Shown here piece by piece: positions 59,968-64,000 of a stretch of 64,000 nucleotides of DNA. Below the pieces are notes generated by a model. It was not told where the DNA came from, did no database searches, and saw nothing but the letters and a program-made list of their open reading frames with translations. Within the stretch, counting starts at the first letter, position 1. Every line of letters begins with the position of its first letter. The position numbers and the translations under genes are program-made. Source of the DNA: Pelagomonas calceolata (lineage: Eukaryota); the NCBI GenBank assembly GCA_918797485.1, contig CAKKNE010000005.1, positions 2,790,001 to 2,854,000 of the forward strand, given 5' to 3'.

Positions 59968-61449
59968 ATGCTCCACTTCCAACCCGAATTGATAGACCTG
60001 CTGCCCGCCGCCGTCGCATTCACCATAGTCGGCCTCACCATGCTGTGCTGCGGGCGCACAGCCCCGAAGCCGCAGAAGCACTACGACGACAAGGTCGAGG
60101 ATTTGATAGCGAGCGGCTCGATCAAGGGCTTCGCGTCCGTCGCCAAGGCCACCACCGGCAACCAGTTCGCCTACCACAAGGCCAAGGGCGCCAAACGGAC
60201 TGGAGGTCGAGTAGATTTATCAGCATTTAACAACGTGGTCCATATTGATGATGAAGCGAGGCTCGTGCAGGTCGAGGGCCTCGCCACGATGGAGACGGTA
60301 GTAAGAGCGCTGGACTGGCGCGGCTACCGGATACCCATCGTGCCGGAGCTCAAGCACATTACGGTCGGCGGCGCGATCGCGGGCATCGGTATTGAGTCAG
60401 GCTCGTTTCGCTACGGCTGGTTCCACCAGGCCATGGTGGAATGCGATTTGTTGACGCCCGGCGGCGAAATTCTAAGGTGTAGCGCGTCGAACGAGCACGC
60501 GGATGTCTTCCACGCGCTACCTAATTCATATGGGACGTTGGGGTATGTATTGCGGGCTACTTTACGCTTGGTGGCATCAAGGCCTTATGTCGCAGTCACA
60601 ACAACCATCCACAAGTCGTTCAAGGAAGCGATGACAGCGATGGAGCAGGCGGAAGCGACGAGCGAGTTCGTCGAGGGCCTCTGGTGGGCGCCGGATAAAG
60701 TGAGCGTGACGCTGACGAACTATGTGGACGAAGTCCCGAAAGGTAAAAAACTAAAACGCTTCGACGGCCTTTCGATATATTACAAGGCCGTCGGCAAGCC
60801 AGGGACGATGTACATGACGTCCCCGAATTACTATTTCCGCTGGGACGCCGACTGGTTCTGGAACATTCCCACCGACGCCGGCGGATGGCTCGTGCGCCTT
60901 GTGACGCCTCGTAAATTACGAACCTCGTCAACATACAAGTGGCTCCGCTCCTTGAGACTAGTGAAGGCCTGGCACCGTCTGGAAACGTTGTGGAAGCCCC
61001 AGGGCCAGCCCTTTGTGCAGGACTGGGCCGTGCCCTGGTCCCGGGCGGACGAGTTCGTCCGAGAGGCGACGAAGACGCGACCCCACCGGAAGGGCGTGCC
61101 CTACATGCTGCTACCGGTCGGTACCTCATCCAATAAAGCGACGCACTACCCTTGTGAACGAGAAGGGAGATACCTGAACCTCGGGACCTACACCGAGATC
61201 GACGTACCTTTTGATGAGGCTTTAGCCGAGACGCGGCGCATCGACGACTTGTGCGTCCGGCGGCACGCGGGCATCAAGATGCTCTACTCGTCCTCATTCT
61301 TAGATCTGCAGACGTACACCAGGGTCTACGGGACGCTGGCTCCTGCCACGAAAAAGAAGGTCGACCCGGCCGGGACGCGGCCGTCCGTCTTCGAGAAGAC
61401 GGCGCACCCGTCCATCTTGGGCTGCGAGGAGCTCGTGCTGGGGTACTAA
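59968..61449 (+). CDS. FAD-binding (PCMH/VAO) oxidoreductase of the DHCR24/Rv3719-like family with N-terminal membrane anchor
   Basis: VEGLATME, PIVPELKHITVGGAIAGIGIESGSFRYG, FHALPNSYGTLGY, RWDADWFW, VQDWAVP, KMLYS. Confidence 0.85.
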   Translation: MLHFQPELIDLLPAAVAFTIVGLTMLCCGRTAPKPQKHYDDKVEDLIASGSIKGFASVAKATTGNQFAYHKAKGAKRTGGRVDLSAFNNVVHIDDEARLVQVEGLATMETVVRALDWRGYRIPIVPELKHITVGGAIAGIGIESGSFRYGWFHQAMVECDLLTPGGEILRCSASNEHADVFHALPNSYGTLGYVLRATLRLVASRPYVAVTTTIHKSFKEAMTAMEQAEATSEFVEGLWWAPDKVSVTLTNYVDEVPKGKKLKRFDGLSIYYKAVGKPGTMYMTSPNYYFRWDADWFWNIPTDAGGWLVRLVTPRKLRTSSTYKWLRSLRLVKAWHRLETLWKPQGQPFVQDWAVPWSRADEFVREATKTRPHRKGVPYMLLPVGTSSNKATHYPCEREGRYLNLGTYTEIDVPFDEALAETRRIDDLCVRRHAGIKMLYSSSFLDLQTYTRVYGTLAPATKKKVDPAGTRPSVFEKTAHPSILGCEELVLGY

Positions 61450-61468
61450 GTTAATTCGTTTCCAACAT

Positions 61469-62332
61469 TCAATACAACTTATAGTACTCATAAAACGCGA
61501 GGCCGAAGAGCGCCCCGCCCGCGTGGCACGCGTAGTCGATGCCTCGTGAGCTTCTGACTAGCACGTCGATGGCGAGCATCGCCACGAGCGCGGTGGCCGC
61601 CGGCATTTCCATTCCATATACAAACATCGGCGCGGCGGGGTTCGTCGCCGCGGCGTGGGCCATCATCGCAAACACGATGCCGCTCGCACCTTTCGTCTCC
61701 GTGTAGCCCGTCGTGCTCCGGCCGAAGACTGACGCGAGCGAGGACGCGACCGCGGCGAGCAGCACGAAACACCAGAACGTCGTCCGGTCGTGCTTTAGGC
61801 GACCCTGGAGCGCGGGCGCCGCACGCGAGAGCGCCATAAAATTAAAGCCGACGTGCATGAGGTCGTCGTGCGCAAACGCCGCGAGGACGAGGGACCAGTA
61901 GCGGCCCGCGCGCAGCGCCTCCGCGGAAGCAGCGAAGTGGCGTAGGAACAGCCACCCCGGCCTCAGGACGTGCGCAATGAAAACTGCGGCGACGATCGCG
62001 AGCAGGAGCTGCGCGTCGTCGGCCGCGATTGCCTCGAGCCGCGGCCTGAGCTGCTTCGGCACGAGATCGGCAGGAGCAATCCAGCGCCCGAAGGCACCGA
62101 CGTGAACTACGTCGCACTTCGCTACCGACGCGATACCCAGAGACGCGTGCCACTCGACTGTCGGCGACAGCCAGAGGCCGTCGGCGCGGGCTCGGTGGTC
62201 CTTGAGCTCCGCCAGCGACGGCACACATTGCACCATGACCGCTGCCGTTGCGACTAGTGCACAGAGCATCCATATTCGAGGAATGCCGCGGCGCGGACGC
62301 ACGATGTTGCCTTGGCCGTCCACGTAGACCAT
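61469..62332 (-). CDS. Rhomboid-family intramembrane serine protease
   Basis: GRYWSL...FAH...HVGFN, catalytic GASG, and HAGGALFG. Confidence 0.85.
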   Translation of the reverse strand: MVYVDGQGNIVRPRRGIPRIWMLCALVATAAVMVQCVPSLAELKDHRARADGLWLSPTVEWHASLGIASVAKCDVVHVGAFGRWIAPADLVPKQLRPRLEAIAADDAQLLLAIVAAVFIAHVLRPGWLFLRHFAASAEALRAGRYWSLVLAAFAHDDLMHVGFNFMALSRAAPALQGRLKHDRTTFWCFVLLAAVASSLASVFGRSTTGYTETKGASGIVFAMMAHAAATNPAAPMFVYGMEMPAATALVAMLAIDVLVRSSRGIDYACHAGGALFGLAFYEYYKLY

Positions 62333-62527
62333 TGCTTTTTTTCCTGCAGTTCTGTACAGCACACTGCCACACTGCCTCCTTAATGCAAGCCAAAGACGCC
62401 GTACAGATGCGTTTTTTTTTCTTTCAGCAGCTCGGCGTGGCTAACGCGCGACTACTGCGTAACGGCTGTAGCGAAAGTGTATCGATGCTGCGCGTACGGC
62501 AGCCAAAACCGCTGAAAAACAAAATCA

Positions 62528-62551
62528 GCTAGCGCCTCTGTAAGACACTAG
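62528..62551 (-). promoter_or_regulatory. Representative copy of the recurrent upstream motif CTAGTGTCTTAC-N-CGCTAGC
   Basis: The reverse complement reads CTAGTGTCTTACAGAGGCGCTAGC. Similar copies at 29414, 31671, 41688, 42674, 47903, 55043 and 56153, all intergenic and 5' of genes. Confidence 0.55.
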
Positions 62552-62986
62552 CCAGCAAACTCGGAACGCGCATGCAGCTGTTTGAGTACCGTTCCGTTCG
62601 CTACTAGTCCAAGGAGATCAATGGGACACGTACTGGGGGCCAAAAATAGTTTCGCGGTGCGGAGGCGGACGAGGCCACAGGGCGGCCGCACCGGTGTAAT
62701 CCTGTCAATCCCCGCCGAAGAGGTGCCCCTGGGGTCGCCTAGGGTCGGTACTATACACGTGCAAGCGCCTACGTCGCATACGCCGCCGCTTCGAGCATTT
62801 TTGGCCGAATTCTCTCAACAAGTCGGCCAACAAAAGCATGAATGGCGTGGCAATTGGTTCCAGAGCTCTCGGGGACCACTAGGCCGCCGCATCGACGGCG
62901 TATGCGGTACAGGCGACTACCCACTACCAGACCTACCTCGAGAGGCCTCCAGGAGCCGATCTACCACCACAAAAAGTGTGTAATTT

Positions 62987-63505
62987 GGACCCTGCTACTT
63001 ACATAACGCTACGACATACTCTTGCTAGGTTATGGGCCCACAGGGTTCTGCCTATTGACGTAGAGTGTTTTACAGTGAATGCCTAAACAAGGAAAAACAC
63101 CCAAAAAGAAATCTAAAGAGAAAACACCCCAAAAGAGCGGAGAAAGTGAATATCCAGCGATGGATCAAGAAGAACTTAACCGGCTCGTACAAAACGCAAT
63201 GGGGCTCCTCTCCAGAGACATACCTGATCCTCTTCCTGGAGAAAAACCAATCGTCAACATGTCTGCCTTGCCTGTAACACTAAACAAGGACACAAGGCAA
63301 GAATGTTTCATCGGCGCTACCACTGTGGGTACCCTAGATATGTATCTCCCACTCTCTAATATTTGAGTCTATACATCGAGTGTCAAAAGCACTACGGTGT
63401 AACAACAGTTCACTATAAAACACTCTCGCAGTCAGGCCTATCAGCTCTAAGCTGGTTAGCCAGGACCTTGCTACTTACATAACGCTACGACATACTCTTG
63501 CTAGG
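62987..63505 (+). mobile_element. Internally deleted Ty1/copia-type LTR retrotransposon relic
   Basis: 43-bp direct repeat (62987-63029 and 63463-63505, 1 mismatch). The first copy runs into GGTTATGGGCCCA (63028-63040), the copia-type PBS complementary to the tRNAiMet anticodon arm. An A-rich gag-like ORF start follows at 63079-63366. Confidence 0.7.
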
Positions 63506-63512
63506 AATCCGT

Positions 63513-63531
63513 GTATATATATATATATATA
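63513..63531. repeat. (TA)n microsatellite
   Basis: GTATATATATATATATATATG immediately after the second LTR-like repeat. Confidence 0.9.
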
Positions 63532-63641
63532 TGTATAAATACATACATATAGTATAAATGTATACAGGCCTAGGCGGATGGCTATTGAAAACAGACCTCT
63601 CCGACTGACCCCCGAATAGTGAAGTTCAGAGCTTAATTCCC

Positions 63642-63690
63642 GCTCCGGACGCGGGCGACGCTTTTAGCTCCGGACGCGGGCGACGCTTTA
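63642..63690. repeat. ~25-bp tandem duplication in a 3' UTR region
   Basis: GCTCCGGACGCGGGCGACGCTTT(T)A x2. Confidence 0.9.
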
Positions 63691-63698
63691 GAAATAAA

Positions 63699-64000
63699 CT
63701 AGCTATTTTCTTTAGGCATCTGGAAAGGCGACGCCGGCGGCGCGGCCACCGGCTCAGGCTTCGGCGGCGCCGTGAAGGGCGCGGCGGCGGCGGCACCCTT
63801 CTTCTTTTTGGATGCGCTACCTGACGGCGACGCGGCCTCACCCTTCTTCTTTTTGGGCGGCCGCTTGCGCTTCGCCGGCGCCGGGCCGTTGACCGCCGCC
63901 TTCTGCCCGGCATTGGGGTTGAGCATGGCGTCGTGGGCCGCGTGATGACTATTCTGCTTCGCCAGATGGATCGGCGTGAGCTCCGCCTTGTCCTTGCCAT
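63699..64000 (-). CDS. C-terminus of an ankyrin-repeat protein with a basic NLS-like tail (partial)
   Basis: The frame of ORF 63699..63926 stays open to the window edge: GKDKAELTPIHLAKQNSHHAAHDAML (ankyrin TPxHLA), then KRKRPPKKKK. Confidence 0.65.
   Translation of the reverse strand, partial: GKDKAELTPIHLAKQNSHHAAHDAMLNPNAGQKAAVNGPAPAKRKRPPKKKKGEAASPSGSASKKKKGAAAAAPFTAPPKPEPVAAPPASPFQMPKENS

Noticed and set aside
62300..62332. Rhomboid N-terminus MVYVDGQGNIV resembling the selenoprotein K N-terminal motif
   Set aside because: Too short to be significant without a profile search.
63028..63040. tRNA-Met gene on the minus strand
   Set aside because: Only 13 nt match the anticodon arm and there is no cloverleaf; interpreted as a primer-binding site.
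62987..63505. Direct repeats as a CRISPR array
   Set aside because: Only two copies, a 433-bp spacer, no cas genes, eukaryotic context; an LTR with PBS explains them better.
63626..64000. 124-aa Arg-rich ORF starting at the window edge
   Set aside because: Alternative frame; the ankyrin-like frame ending at 63699 is the more plausible coding frame.

Overview
Gene-dense, high-GC eukaryotic nuclear DNA with short intergenic spacers and few introns. Bipartite signal/transit-peptide proteins and transposon-like introns suggest a pelagophyte alga such as Pelagomonas or Aureococcus (inference). About 30 protein-coding genes can be supported: condensin CAP-H (partial), two F-box-like genes (one frameshifted), a 4711-aa DUF3638/DUF3645 P-loop protein, a 2Fe-2S/DnaJ-zinc-finger fusion, a TPR protein, RIC1-like, kinesin-8-like, UBE2S, DHRS12-like, cytochrome c peroxidase, tubulin-tyrosine ligase, HIG1/Rcf2-like, a tandem paralog pair of unknown function, a SulP transporter, a PDZ protein, a PAQR/hemolysin-III protein, PNGase, GT47-like, SGNH-like, EDEM/GH47, GORAB-like, a thioesterase, SNAPC1-like, DoxX, a 2OG-Fe(II) oxygenase, Ttd14/AAA_28-CYTH, a small orphan, a DHCR24-like oxidoreductase, a rhomboid and an ankyrin-protein C-terminus. 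Three non-coding features stand out. (1) A complete Introner-type element at 39549-39636 (15-bp TIRs, 8-bp TSD) that forms a seamless GC-AG intron, with related sequence in two other introns. (2) A quasi-palindromic motif, CTAGTG-N(9-11)-CRCTAG, recurring upstream of many genes. (3) A deleted copia-type LTR retrotransposon relic with a half-tRNAiMet primer-binding site. Most other ORFs in the track are GC-rich shadow frames. All family assignments come from motif recognition; no database searches were run.
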